From the sequence record KJ019143.1: 64,000 bases of DNA; one strand, 5' to 3'. Every line of letters starts with the position of its first letter. The stretch's first letter is position 1. A model generated the notes under the pieces. It was not told the origin of the DNA. It saw only the letters and a program-made list of their open reading frames with translations, and ran no database searches. Of the stretch, positions 1-9,361 are shown in pieces. The position numbers were made by a program, and so were the translations under genes.

Positions 1-930
1 ATGTCATTCGCCAATTTAAAGAAACAGTCCTCCCTTGGTTCTCTCACTGAGAAACTCGTGAAGGAAGTCGAGAAGATGAATAATACACAGTCCGGTGGTG
101 AAGACGACCGTTACTGGAAACTCACATGTGACAAGTCACAGAACGGATATGCAGTTATCCGTTTCCTCCCTGCACCAGACAGTGAGGATATGCCTTTCGT
201 GAAACTATACTCCCACGCCTTCCAATCAAAGGGTGGATGGTTTATCGAAAACAGTCTAACTACACTCAATCAGAAAGATCCTGTATCTGAGTATAACTCT
301 GAACTCTGGAACAACGGAACTGAAGCAGGTAAAGAACAGGCACGTAAGCAGAAACGTAAGCTCACCTATATCGCTAACATCTACGTAGTGAAGGATCCAG
401 CTAACCCCGACAATGAGGGTCGCGTATTCCTCTACAAGTTCGGTAAGAAGATCTTTGACAAACTCATGAGTGCAATGCAACCTGAGTTTGAAGATGAAGA
501 AGCCATCAACCCCTTTGATTTCTGGGAAGGTGCAAACTTCAACCTCAAGGCTAAGAGCGTTGCAGGTTATCGTAACTACGACTCCTCTGGATTCGGTAAG
601 GTTACTGCCCTCAACGATGATGATGAGGTTCTAGAAGGTGTCTGGAAGAAAGAATACTCTCTTGCTGAACTCGTAGCCCCTGATCAGTTCAAGGACTATG
701 AGACACTCAAGAAGCGTATGACTCAAGTTCTAGGACTTGGTGGCACTTCACGTCCCGCTCCACAGGAAGACACTGAAGACGATAACATTGAGTCTCAATT
801 GCGTTCCTCACGTCCTGCATTTGCTAAGGAAGAGTCTTCATACGCAGAACCTGAACTACCTTCTATGAGTTCTAGTGGAGACGATATGGATGAAAGTTTA
901 TCATATTTTCAATCGTTAGCTTCTGACTGA
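1..930 (+). CDS. gp32: Single-stranded DNA-binding protein (T4 gp32 family)
   Basis: N-terminal MSFANLKK basic arm, AVIRFLP, FIENSLTTL..DPV, YRNYDSS and acidic C-terminal tail typical of gp32. Confidence 0.97.
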   Translation: MSFANLKKQSSLGSLTEKLVKEVEKMNNTQSGGEDDRYWKLTCDKSQNGYAVIRFLPAPDSEDMPFVKLYSHAFQSKGGWFIENSLTTLNQKDPVSEYNSELWNNGTEAGKEQARKQKRKLTYIANIYVVKDPANPDNEGRVFLYKFGKKIFDKLMSAMQPEFEDEEAINPFDFWEGANFNLKAKSVAGYRNYDSSGFGKVTALNDDDEVLEGVWKKEYSLAELVAPDQFKDYETLKKRMTQVLGLGGTSRPAPQEDTEDDNIESQLRSSRPAFAKEESSYAEPELPSMSSSGDDMDESLSYFQSLASD

Positions 931-956
931 TATATAACCCAGGAGAATATTTTACT

Positions 957-1280
957 ATGAAAATTGTACTAGCTATCGTAGCTGCCTTCTTTCTTGCACT
1001 TCCTGCTTATGCTGCTGATGTTCAAATGGGTTTCAACGGAAACCTGGTATTTGAACCTAATGAACTCACAATCTCCGCAGGAGATACAGTCCACTTTCTG
1101 AACGATATGCTTCCTCCACATAATATTATTGTGGAGGCTAGACCTGACCTTTCACGAGAGTCGCTTATGTTTAACCCCGGTGAGTCACAAGATATTGTGT
1201 TCGCTGATGTAGGTGACTATGAGTTCTTCTGTGGTCCTCATCAGGGAGCCGGAATGACCGGAGTGATTCACGTTGAGTGA
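957..1280 (+). CDS. petE: Plastocyanin (auxiliary metabolic gene)
   Basis: Signal peptide ending AYA, type-1 copper ligands PHN and CGPHQGAGM. Confidence 0.96.
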   Translation: MKIVLAIVAAFFLALPAYAADVQMGFNGNLVFEPNELTISAGDTVHFLNDMLPPHNIIVEARPDLSRESLMFNPGESQDIVFADVGDYEFFCGPHQGAGMTGVIHVE

Positions 1281-1661
1281 TCAGTTCTGAACAAGATACT
1301 TTAGAGGTAGAGTCAATGCTGTCTTTACCTCTATAGTTTTTAACTCATAATACGAAGTTGCACTCTGGTTCCAGTCATACTGACGAACCTTATTTAAGTG
1401 CATATTATATCCAACAAACCCCCAGTTATACACTGCGTTCACCGATGTAATCGGATACTGATCGTAGAGTAGATTGGGGGTTTTTGCGTAGTAATTATAA
1501 ATATATACCTTTCCTGGTAGGGGGGCGTTGACTTCAGAGTCCTTGAGTCTAGCCATCACCAAGTCCATAATATCATCAGACTTTTCTGTTCCAACTAGAT
1601 TATCTAGAATAGGTTTCAGTCTATTAGAACTCTTCTGTTCAGATCTTTTCTTCCTAGCCAT
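1281..1661 (-). CDS. Hypothetical protein, possibly short DNA end-protector (gp2-like)
   Basis: PGKVYIYNYYAKTP..YDQYP..WGFVGYNMH resembles the gp2-like family; overlaps gp4 in the same operon. Confidence 0.55.
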   Translation of the reverse strand: MARKKRSEQKSSNRLKPILDNLVGTEKSDDIMDLVMARLKDSEVNAPLPGKVYIYNYYAKTPNLLYDQYPITSVNAVYNWGFVGYNMHLNKVRQYDWNQSATSYYELKTIEVKTALTLPLKYLVQN

Positions 1662-2094
1662 TCTTAAATAGATCCTTTTCTGTTAGTATCCTGAACTCTA
1701 ACCCATTATCAAGACAGAACTCTTCTGCCGCCTTCCACTTAGCTGTATTCTGTGCGTAGAGTGACTCAGCAATCATCACATTCTTAGTCCGCTTTGTATA
1801 TTTGGGTGGACTACACTCACGGTGGGGTTTGATTTCAATGAGACACTTCTTAATTCCACCACCCTTCTTCACATACTCCACATAGAAGTCTGGGAAATAC
1901 CTGGCTACTTTTTTCTTCATAGGGTTCCAATACTTGATGGCGATTTCCTCAGAGCCCCAACGTTGGACAGTTTCTCTACTATCCAAATAAACCATGAATT
2001 TTCTTTCCCAGCCTGATCTATACACAATCTGATTGGGATTTCCAATATACTTTTTGGGATTAGAGGGTTTATAAACACCCTTCATACTTGCCAT
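1654..2094 (-). CDS. gp4: Head completion protein (T4 gp4, PD-(D/E)xK nuclease fold)
   Basis: YRSGWERKF, YFPDFY, IEIKP, QNTAKWKAAEEFC, FRILTEKDL. Confidence 0.92.
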   Translation of the reverse strand: MASMKGVYKPSNPKKYIGNPNQIVYRSGWERKFMVYLDSRETVQRWGSEEIAIKYWNPMKKKVARYFPDFYVEYVKKGGGIKKCLIEIKPHRECSPPKYTKRTKNVMIAESLYAQNTAKWKAAEEFCLDNGLEFRILTEKDLFKNG

Positions 2095-2124
2095 ATAAAT
2101 AATAATAGTCCCTAGTAGTATTTA
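2094..2124. promoter_or_regulatory. Divergent T4-type late promoters
   Basis: TATAAATA at 2094-2101 (+) and TAAATA on the - strand at 2119-2124, between divergent starts. Confidence 0.75.
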
Positions 2125-2129
2125 GTAGA

Positions 2130-2876
2130 GTGAGAAGAGATCTAACCCTACAGGATGTTCGTCCTCTAATAGGGAACCTATCACGGACAAATATCTACCA
2201 AGTGCAATTTGGTGGATTGAGTCCTGGTCTTATTGGATATCTAGCTTCTAGGAGTGTTGGTTCCCAGTTTATCGCAGATGGTGCTGGTTTGATGTGCTAT
2301 GAAGCTTCCCTACCAGGATCCTCACTATCACAAGTTCAGAGTTCTAACTTCCACGGAGTGGTAGAGAACTTCGCACATACAAGAGTATTCACACCCATTA
2401 CCTTATCATTCTATTGTGACAGTGGTTATCAAACACTGAGAATGTTGGAACACTGGATGGAGTATGTTGTCAGTGGAAATGGAACAGCAGGAATGGCATA
2501 TGGTGGAAATAACTATAACTATCGTCTAAAGTATCCCAATGACCCATCAGATGGGTATAAGTGTGACTCTACTAGTGTATATAAGTTTGAAGGTGACAGG
2601 GAAAATGGAAGTGTGATGGAGTATTCCTTCATTGGACTGTATCCTTCCAACCTATCCTCAGTCCCTGTTAGATACGGACCCAATAATGAGATTACTAGAG
2701 TAACTTGTAGTTTCTCCTATGATAGATATGTTGCTGGATCTAAACGAAGTTTTGATTGGATTCTTGGTAACTCCAATAACAGAGATCAATCTAACGGTAA
2801 CTTTATTGACCAAACAGTTAGGAATCTTGTGGATGTTGGTGTTGACTTTGTTGGTAACATCCTAAACAGGAGATAA
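2130..2876 (+). CDS. Tail-tube-fold protein (gp19/gp54-like)
   Basis: CYEASLPG, TRVFTPITLSFYCD, YSFIGLYPSNLSSVPV, VTCSFSYDRY are tube-fold motifs; precedes gp48. Confidence 0.75.
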   Translation: MRRDLTLQDVRPLIGNLSRTNIYQVQFGGLSPGLIGYLASRSVGSQFIADGAGLMCYEASLPGSSLSQVQSSNFHGVVENFAHTRVFTPITLSFYCDSGYQTLRMLEHWMEYVVSGNGTAGMAYGGNNYNYRLKYPNDPSDGYKCDSTSVYKFEGDRENGSVMEYSFIGLYPSNLSSVPVRYGPNNEITRVTCSFSYDRYVAGSKRSFDWILGNSNNRDQSNGNFIDQTVRNLVDVGVDFVGNILNRR

Positions 2877-2884
2877 ATAGTAAT

Positions 2885-3844
2885 ATGGCAAAATCTAAGA
2901 AACAACTAAGATACCCACTTACTAGGATTGAGTCCAACTCTGACTATCTATCTATTAATGTGTGTAAATATAATCCACCAGGTTTTGCTGGGGGTAACAC
3001 TTCTGATACTATGTTCGATATCCCATCCAGCACTAGTATAGGTGGTGGTGGTAACTGCTCAAAGAAATCTATTGAGGGTAATATTTTATTGCCCATGCCT
3101 GATTCAATCGTAGACTCAAATATAACTAACTGGGAGAGTAATGAGATTAATAGTGTAGCTGCTTCTGCTATTGGCAGTATCAAACAGGGATTGGAGGAAT
3201 TTACACTAGATAGTATGATAAACAGCCCAGGCAAAAAACTCACAGATGGGTTAGCGCGCGCACAAACTACAGCAAGTAACGCTTTAGACGCCGCAAAGGA
3301 TCCAGCTGTTTCTGCTGCTTTGGAAAACTACTTTATTGGTAATGCTGTTAATCTATTTGGTGCAAACGTAGACGCAACATCACTCCTATCCAGAGAAAAG
3401 GGTTTAGTTCTTAACCCAAACATGGAGTTTCTATTCAAAGGTGTTCAACTTCGATCTTTCGACTTCACCTTTGTCATGAACCCCAGAAGTAGACAGGAGT
3501 CTATCGAGGTTAAATCTATCATCAATACTTTTAAGAAGAGAATGGCAGCTAAGAGTAGTGCTGAAGGATCAGGACCCAGGGGGTTATTTGTCAAAGCGCC
3601 TGATGTATTTGAACTCCAATTTAAGAGGGGTTCTTCCAAACATCCTTTCTTATATACTATGAAGACTTGCGCACTCACAAAGATGACTGTAGATTATATG
3701 AGAACTGGTAATTATATCACATATGAGGATAGTACCCCAGTTCAATTGGCACTGGCTTTGAGTTTCACTGAACTCAACCCAATATACGCAGAGGATTATG
3801 ATATGAATAACCTACCTGGTCCAAATGAAGGAGTTGGATTCTAA
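2885..3844 (+). CDS. gp48: Baseplate tail-tube cap
   Basis: NPNMEFLFKGVQLRSFDFTF, PDVFELQF, CALTKMTVDY, LSFTELNPI; ATAAATA at 2873-2879. Confidence 0.9.
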   Translation: MAKSKKQLRYPLTRIESNSDYLSINVCKYNPPGFAGGNTSDTMFDIPSSTSIGGGGNCSKKSIEGNILLPMPDSIVDSNITNWESNEINSVAASAIGSIKQGLEEFTLDSMINSPGKKLTDGLARAQTTASNALDAAKDPAVSAALENYFIGNAVNLFGANVDATSLLSREKGLVLNPNMEFLFKGVQLRSFDFTFVMNPRSRQESIEVKSIINTFKKRMAAKSSAEGSGPRGLFVKAPDVFELQFKRGSSKHPFLYTMKTCALTKMTVDYMRTGNYITYEDSTPVQLALALSFTELNPIYAEDYDMNNLPGPNEGVGF

Positions 3845-4503
3845 TGACTTATTTTAGAGAGCTACCAAACTTAGAGTACGAAAACTTCCTATCAGATTCC
3901 AATGGATCTGGTGATTATATCCTAATGAAGAATATCTTCGTTAGGGGAAAACTTCGTGATGACTTACAAAATGTATTAACTCTATTCAATAAGTATATTA
4001 TTGAAGAGGATGAGAGGCCAGATCAGATTGCTCTGAAACTATATGGTGATCCCGGTTTAGATTGGGTTGTTCGTATGGTAGGTGAAGTTACTAACATGCC
4101 CAACGATTGGCCAATATCTTCACAACAACTCTATGAGTTCTGTGTGGAAAAGTATGATGGTGAGAAGGGTATGAATGGTGTTAAGTATTATCAAACTACT
4201 GAAGTTAAAGACTCACAGGGTAGAATCTTACTAGCAGGTGGCCTCACAGTTGATAAGAACTTCACAATCCCTGATCCCGATCCAGATCACCAGGGTAATA
4301 TTATTAATCCAACTGAACCAGTTACTAACTACGCATACGAAACCAATCTTAACGATAGTAAGAGGGAACTATATGTATTGAAGAAGTCGTTCATTGGTCA
4401 GTTTGTGAGTGATATGAGAGATATTAATACATATGGATTCAACTCTGAGTTTGTGAATCCCAAAACTCTTCGTGTGGCAAACACTAGGGTAACCAATCCC
4501 TGA
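3844..4503 (+). CDS. gp53: Baseplate wedge subunit
   Basis: YFRELPNLEY, ERPDQIALKLYGDPGLDWVV, YETNLNDSKR. Confidence 0.9.
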   Translation: MTYFRELPNLEYENFLSDSNGSGDYILMKNIFVRGKLRDDLQNVLTLFNKYIIEEDERPDQIALKLYGDPGLDWVVRMVGEVTNMPNDWPISSQQLYEFCVEKYDGEKGMNGVKYYQTTEVKDSQGRILLAGGLTVDKNFTIPDPDPDHQGNIINPTEPVTNYAYETNLNDSKRELYVLKKSFIGQFVSDMRDINTYGFNSEFVNPKTLRVANTRVTNP

Positions 4504-4539
4504 TAAATACAGCATACCTTTCTATATTATTCTTACATC

Positions 4540-5250
4540 ATGGCGTTACCTAAGATTGCCAAGATAACCTATGAACTGGTTATTCCTTCCACTGGCAAAA
4601 AGATTAAGTATAGACCTTTTCTAGTTAAAGAAGAGAAAGTTCTTATTCTTGCACAAGAATCTGGTTCCCAAACGGAAATGACCAGAGCTATTAAAGATGT
4701 TATCTCCGCTTGTGTTCAAACTCGTGGATTTAAGGTCGATCAGATGGCAACCTTTGATATTGAGTATGTCTTCTTAAACATTAGGGGGAGATCTGTCGGT
4801 GAATCTGTGGATGTTATCGTCACCTGTCCAGATGACGAAAAGACTACAGTTCCCGTTACTATTTATCTAGATGAAATTGAGGTTATCTTTGATGAAAACC
4901 ACGAGGCAAACATCAAGTTAGATGATACTTACTCTGTACAGATGAAGTATCCCACTATGGAACAGGTCATGGAAGCAGATGCTGACAACATCTCCATCCA
5001 AGAAAGTCTAGAACTGATTGCCAAGTGTATTGATCAGATTTATAGTGAAGAGGAATCTTTCGCCGCTTCTGATTCTTCACTGAAGGAACTTGTATCATGG
5101 GTAGAGGATCTGGAACCTAAACAGTTTACTAAACTAGAGAACTTCTTCACCACCATGCCTAAGTTATCACACACTATTAATGTGATGAACCCAGAAACAG
5201 ATGTTGAAAGTTCTGTCGTATTGGAGGGACTGGGTAGTTTTTTCGCGTAA
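4540..5250 (+). CDS. gp26: Baseplate hub subunit / assembly chaperone
   Basis: KYRPFLVKEEK, FDIEYVFLNIRGRSVGE, VTCPDD, FFTTMPKL, LEGLGSFF; ATAAATA at 4503-4509. Confidence 0.9.
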   Translation: MALPKIAKITYELVIPSTGKKIKYRPFLVKEEKVLILAQESGSQTEMTRAIKDVISACVQTRGFKVDQMATFDIEYVFLNIRGRSVGESVDVIVTCPDDEKTTVPVTIYLDEIEVIFDENHEANIKLDDTYSVQMKYPTMEQVMEADADNISIQESLELIAKCIDQIYSEEESFAASDSSLKELVSWVEDLEPKQFTKLENFFTTMPKLSHTINVMNPETDVESSVVLEGLGSFFA

Positions 5251-5280
5251 GTATGGCTCACATGGATCTAGAGTCATACT
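5238..5280 (+). promoter_or_regulatory. Putative -1 programmed ribosomal frameshift signal
   Basis: In-frame T TTT TTC (5238-5244), 5-nt spacer, 10-bp hairpin 5250-5280, GGAGGG 9 nt upstream. Confidence 0.75.
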
Positions 5281-5432
5281 ATAAGACCAACTTTGCACTG
5301 ATGCAACACCACAAGTACAACCTCTCCGATATTGAAGATATGATCCCATGGGAGAGGGACATCTATGTTACTCTACTCAAGAACTGGATTGAGGAAGAGG
5401 AACAACGAATCGCACAACAGCAGAAAGGATGA
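5253..5432 (+). CDS. gp51: Baseplate hub assembly catalyst (59 aa, not in ORF track)
   Basis: Manual translation MAHMDLESYYKTNFALMQHHKYNLSDIEDMIPWERDIYVTLLKNWIEEEEQRIAQQQKG. Confidence 0.88.
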   Translation: MAHMDLESYYKTNFALMQHHKYNLSDIEDMIPWERDIYVTLLKNWIEEEEQRIAQQQKG

Positions 5433-7366
5433 GTTTATTCACCTCCGCTACTTCAGGTGTAGATCCCCAAACAGGATCTTACCTCTCTAAGGAACAAAGA
5501 GTTGCGATGTTCCAATCCTCCCGTGGTCGTGGAGGTGGTGGAAGCGCTACGCCTGAAGGTAAAAGAGGTAAAGTTGCACCACAGAATGCCATTGTTGTAG
5601 CAAACAAGATGGCACAGGTGGTTCAGACACTCCAGACAAATACACAGGAGACTGTTCAAGCTGTTAATGTAAAGGTTCAAGAGAACGCACAAAATATTGA
5701 AAACCTCTACAAATCTGTTCAGAATAACAGATCAGCAGAGGCTAAGGAAGAAAAAGCAGAGACAAAACTACTCAGAGGTGAGAGGGAGACAGCCCTAAGA
5801 TCAGGTAAGGAGAAACTTATTGAGGGCATGTCATCAGCTGTTGCTGGTCTTGTCGGTGTAGGTAGGAGTGCAGCTGATGCTGCACTTAAACCCGTTATGG
5901 GTTTCTGGGAAAAGATTAAAGGATTCTTGCTTAATATAGCAGCAGCTTGGGCTATTAAGAATCTCCCAATTATTATGGGTTATGTTGAAGATTTTGTTAG
6001 TTGGTTAGGTGACTTTAAGAGTTGGTTGCCTAAGTCTCTTACAGGTCTTCGTGGTGTATGGTCTATTGCGGATAATATTATCCGAGCAATGTGGCGCGGT
6101 TTCAGTCGTATTGGTGGCACAATATTCCGTATAGCTACATGGTTAACTAGAAAGCTATTTTCACTACTCAAGAGAATATTTGCACCTATTGGTAGATTTA
6201 TTTCAAGAATAGTAGGTGGTATTGTTGACTTCCTGAGACCAATAGTATCTAGAGCACTGAGAGGTTTGGGTGATGCACTTGGTGGAATGGGGAACTCCAT
6301 CAATCGAGCTTTTGGTGGTGGTGGTGGTAGTTCCAGTAGTCTAGGTGGAGTTAAAGGTGGCGCTGGTGTTGATCCTGGTCAGAAGGCAATAGCTGGAGCT
6401 GCCGAAGAAGGTGGCGGTCTTTTTGCAAGGTTCAACAGATTCCTCAAAGGGCTGACGCAGAAAGGCAAGGCTGCTTTTTCTAAAGGTCAAGAGTTATTTG
6501 CGAGTGGTGGTAAAAAGATTCAGCAGGGTATAGGTGCAATACAGGAAACCACCACTGGAATTAAACCGCAACCCGAAAAACATGCGGGGTGGCTTAAAAA
6601 AGCACTAACTCCTATTGGTGACCTTCTTCCCGGTATGAAGGGAGCACTTAGTGGTATAGGTAAACTAGTCAATGGTGTTCTTAAAGTTGTTCCTGGTATT
6701 GGTTTTGCTATTGATTTGGCTCTAAACAAGGGAATCAATGGTGATGACTGGACTACTGCTATTGTAGCCGCTCTTGGTTCCTCTGTCGTTGGTGGTATTG
6801 GTATTGCTGGTGGTGCTAAGATTGGTGGTGGAGTTGGTTTTGCTCTTGGTACTGCTATTCCTGGTATAGGTAACATTGTTGGTGCCGCTATTGGTGCCGG
6901 TCTTGGTGGTATTATCGGTGGTATTGCTGGTGGTGCTCTTGGTGATACTGCAGCCAGAATGGGTCTGGATGCATTAAATATAGGAGAAAGTGCTCAGTCG
7001 GAAAACAAACCAGCTGATGTGAGTTCTCCTGGAGGTGCGATGGATCTTGAGGGTGGTGCTCACGAAACAGTACCTGCTAGTTCTGTGGGAGCTACAACTA
7101 ACAATAACTCAACATCAGGTATGGTTAGTAGTGCAACCAGTGGTAGTAGCACACCAGAAGGTATGTCAGAACCAAACGGTGGTAATACTACTTCTGTTGA
7201 AACCATTAATCTAGCTCCTAATGTTGTAGATAGTGGTAAGGAGGATAGTTCTGGAAAACTTGAAGTGCCGTCTATGATTGATGATAACCCCTTCTGGCAG
7301 ACATCAGATCCAGCTTCTGATATGTACAGGAGTTTCGCTTCAACTGAATATGAGTTGGTACACTAA
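5429..7366 (+). CDS. Tape-measure-like tail/baseplate protein
   Basis: Follows gp26/gp51; coiled-coil N-terminus, amphipathic helices, glycine-zipper segment. Confidence 0.6.
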   Translation: MSLFTSATSGVDPQTGSYLSKEQRVAMFQSSRGRGGGGSATPEGKRGKVAPQNAIVVANKMAQVVQTLQTNTQETVQAVNVKVQENAQNIENLYKSVQNNRSAEAKEEKAETKLLRGERETALRSGKEKLIEGMSSAVAGLVGVGRSAADAALKPVMGFWEKIKGFLLNIAAAWAIKNLPIIMGYVEDFVSWLGDFKSWLPKSLTGLRGVWSIADNIIRAMWRGFSRIGGTIFRIATWLTRKLFSLLKRIFAPIGRFISRIVGGIVDFLRPIVSRALRGLGDALGGMGNSINRAFGGGGGSSSSLGGVKGGAGVDPGQKAIAGAAEEGGGLFARFNRFLKGLTQKGKAAFSKGQELFASGGKKIQQGIGAIQETTTGIKPQPEKHAGWLKKALTPIGDLLPGMKGALSGIGKLVNGVLKVVPGIGFAIDLALNKGINGDDWTTAIVAALGSSVVGGIGIAGGAKIGGGVGFALGTAIPGIGNIVGAAIGAGLGGIIGGIAGGALGDTAARMGLDALNIGESAQSENKPADVSSPGGAMDLEGGAHETVPASSVGATTNNNSTSGMVSSATSGSSTPEGMSEPNGGNTTSVETINLAPNVVDSGKEDSSGKLEVPSMIDDNPFWQTSDPASDMYRSFASTEYELVH

Positions 7367-9327
7367 TGGCACAACCACAAATTGCTGCAAACAAAACTAA
7401 AGCTCTGAGGATTGGTCAGAGGTTGATGACTGGTGCCAAGAGTTTTGGTAAAGGTGTCAGGAATAGTGTTGATACTTCACAACAGGTCATCACTCAGAGT
7501 GCTCGTAAGATCAAATCAGATCAGAAAAGAATCAACACAGAGAATAGGAAGCAGCAAAGGTTTGAGGAAGCAGTACGGGAAGAAACAGAGAGAAGACAGA
7601 AATCCCTAACAAAGGGTGCATATGGTGTTGGTAGTGCTGCCAAGAAGCTAACCGAGAAGGTTGTGGTGGATCCAATGAAAGCTATTTGGAACATTATTGC
7701 TGCTTGGGCTATTAAGAATCTCCCAACTATTGTTGATGAAGTTAGAAAATTTGTAAAGAAAGTGAGGATTGTAATAGCTGCTATTAATAACGCGTTTAGA
7801 GCAACTGGTAACCTATTTAAGGGGTGGTTATCATATGGACAGGCTTGGCTGACAAATATGGTTACCTTTGACTGGGGTGACTCCACAGGTAGGTTGGAAG
7901 ACGCACAGGCTGAAATAGATAATAGTTATGATGAATTAGATGCAAGTTGGAATACTATCTACAATGTATGGGGTAAGGAGGAAGAAGAGTTAGACAAAAT
8001 GCTAACTTGGTTGGATAGTGGTAAGACTGTTAAACAGGCTACTGATGCTATTACACAAGGTATTCCATTGCCACAGACACCTGCTTTTGGTGATGGTAGT
8101 AGGGAAGGTGGCGGAGGTTATGGTGGATCAGGCATCCAAATGAGTGCTGATGAACAGCAACTTACAGAGTCATTGATTGCTGGTGAGGAGGGGGTAAGAA
8201 CCAAAGCATATCAGGATAGTGAAGGTATTTGGACAATTGGTTATGGTCAGACTAGAATTAATGGTAGAGCAGTAAAACCAAGTGATACAATAACAAAAGC
8301 ACAAGCATTGAGTGGTTTTAGAGGTGCTCTCGCAGAACACCAACAAAGGGCAATCAATCAACTTGGTGAGGAGAGATGGTCACAACTGGACGCAAGATCT
8401 AGAGCAGTTCTCACCTCTATAACATACAACTATGGTAGTATTCCTGGTAGAGTTCTACCTGCTGCTAAAACTGGTAATGCTGAAGACATTGCTGTAGCGA
8501 TGAATAGTTTGTATGGAGATAATAGAGGAGTTCTAAAAGGTAGAAGACAGAGAGAGCAATCTATTCTCAGAGGCGGTACTTCTTCCTACTTAGATAAAGA
8601 CTTTATGGCTGGTGGTCAATTTGCAGGCTCTGGTACTGGTCCTCTAGTCATGGGTGGTGGAAATGAATCTACTTCAGGTTCAATATCTTCATCTGGAGGC
8701 ACAACCAACACAACTGCAATGAAGAGAGGTGATATGGTTGGTGGTTTTACTGTTAGTTCTGCATTTGGACGTAGAGCTGCACCTACTGCTGGTGCTAGTT
8801 CTAATCATGGGGGTCTTGATATTGCTACTCCACAAGGAACATACTTAGCTTTTGATGTTGATGTTGAGATTATGTTCGCTGGTTCAGCTGGTGGATATGG
8901 ATATGTCATTGATGCTTGGTCGGCATCATTAGGAATTCAGTTCCGTTGTGCTCACATGTCAGTATTAATGTGTAACCCAGGACAGAAAGTTCGTGCTGGA
9001 ACTGCTGTTGGTAGAACTGGTGGTGCAGTGGGAAGTCGTGGAGCTGGTACATCCACTGGACCTCATCTTCACTTTGAAGTGAGTAATCAGAAGGGTTCTG
9101 CTAACTATGGTGGTTCAAATAGTGCTAGTATGTTAGCCAGATACGCAAAACACTTAATCCTTAGCTCATCTAAACCACAACCACAGTCACTCAGACCAGC
9201 TACAGTGAGTTCTTCCTCACAGCAAACCGCTAATCAACTTAACTCTTCTGCTTCCTCCAGAAGAACTAATGGTAGGAGAACTGATCAAAAAATAATACTA
9301 ATCAAGGAAAATACTATTATTAAATAA
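7366..9327 (+). CDS. Tape-measure-like protein with lysozyme (GH24-like) and M23 peptidase domains
   Basis: EEGVRTKAYQDSEGIWTIGYG lysozyme motif; HGGLDIA...HMS...GPHLHFEV M23 motif. Confidence 0.82.
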   Translation: MAQPQIAANKTKALRIGQRLMTGAKSFGKGVRNSVDTSQQVITQSARKIKSDQKRINTENRKQQRFEEAVREETERRQKSLTKGAYGVGSAAKKLTEKVVVDPMKAIWNIIAAWAIKNLPTIVDEVRKFVKKVRIVIAAINNAFRATGNLFKGWLSYGQAWLTNMVTFDWGDSTGRLEDAQAEIDNSYDELDASWNTIYNVWGKEEEELDKMLTWLDSGKTVKQATDAITQGIPLPQTPAFGDGSREGGGGYGGSGIQMSADEQQLTESLIAGEEGVRTKAYQDSEGIWTIGYGQTRINGRAVKPSDTITKAQALSGFRGALAEHQQRAINQLGEERWSQLDARSRAVLTSITYNYGSIPGRVLPAAKTGNAEDIAVAMNSLYGDNRGVLKGRRQREQSILRGGTSSYLDKDFMAGGQFAGSGTGPLVMGGGNESTSGSISSSGGTTNTTAMKRGDMVGGFTVSSAFGRRAAPTAGASSNHGGLDIATPQGTYLAFDVDVEIMFAGSAGGYGYVIDAWSASLGIQFRCAHMSVLMCNPGQKVRAGTAVGRTGGAVGSRGAGTSTGPHLHFEVSNQKGSANYGGSNSASMLARYAKHLILSSSKPQPQSLRPATVSSSSQQTANQLNSSASSRRTNGRRTDQKIILIKENTIIK

Positions 9328-9361
9328 CCTATAAATACCTAATATAGGTGTGTAAGGTGTA

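Noticed and set aside
1654-2094. TnsA-like transposase
   Set aside because: Fold is shared with gp4 head-completion protein; structural context, no terminal repeats
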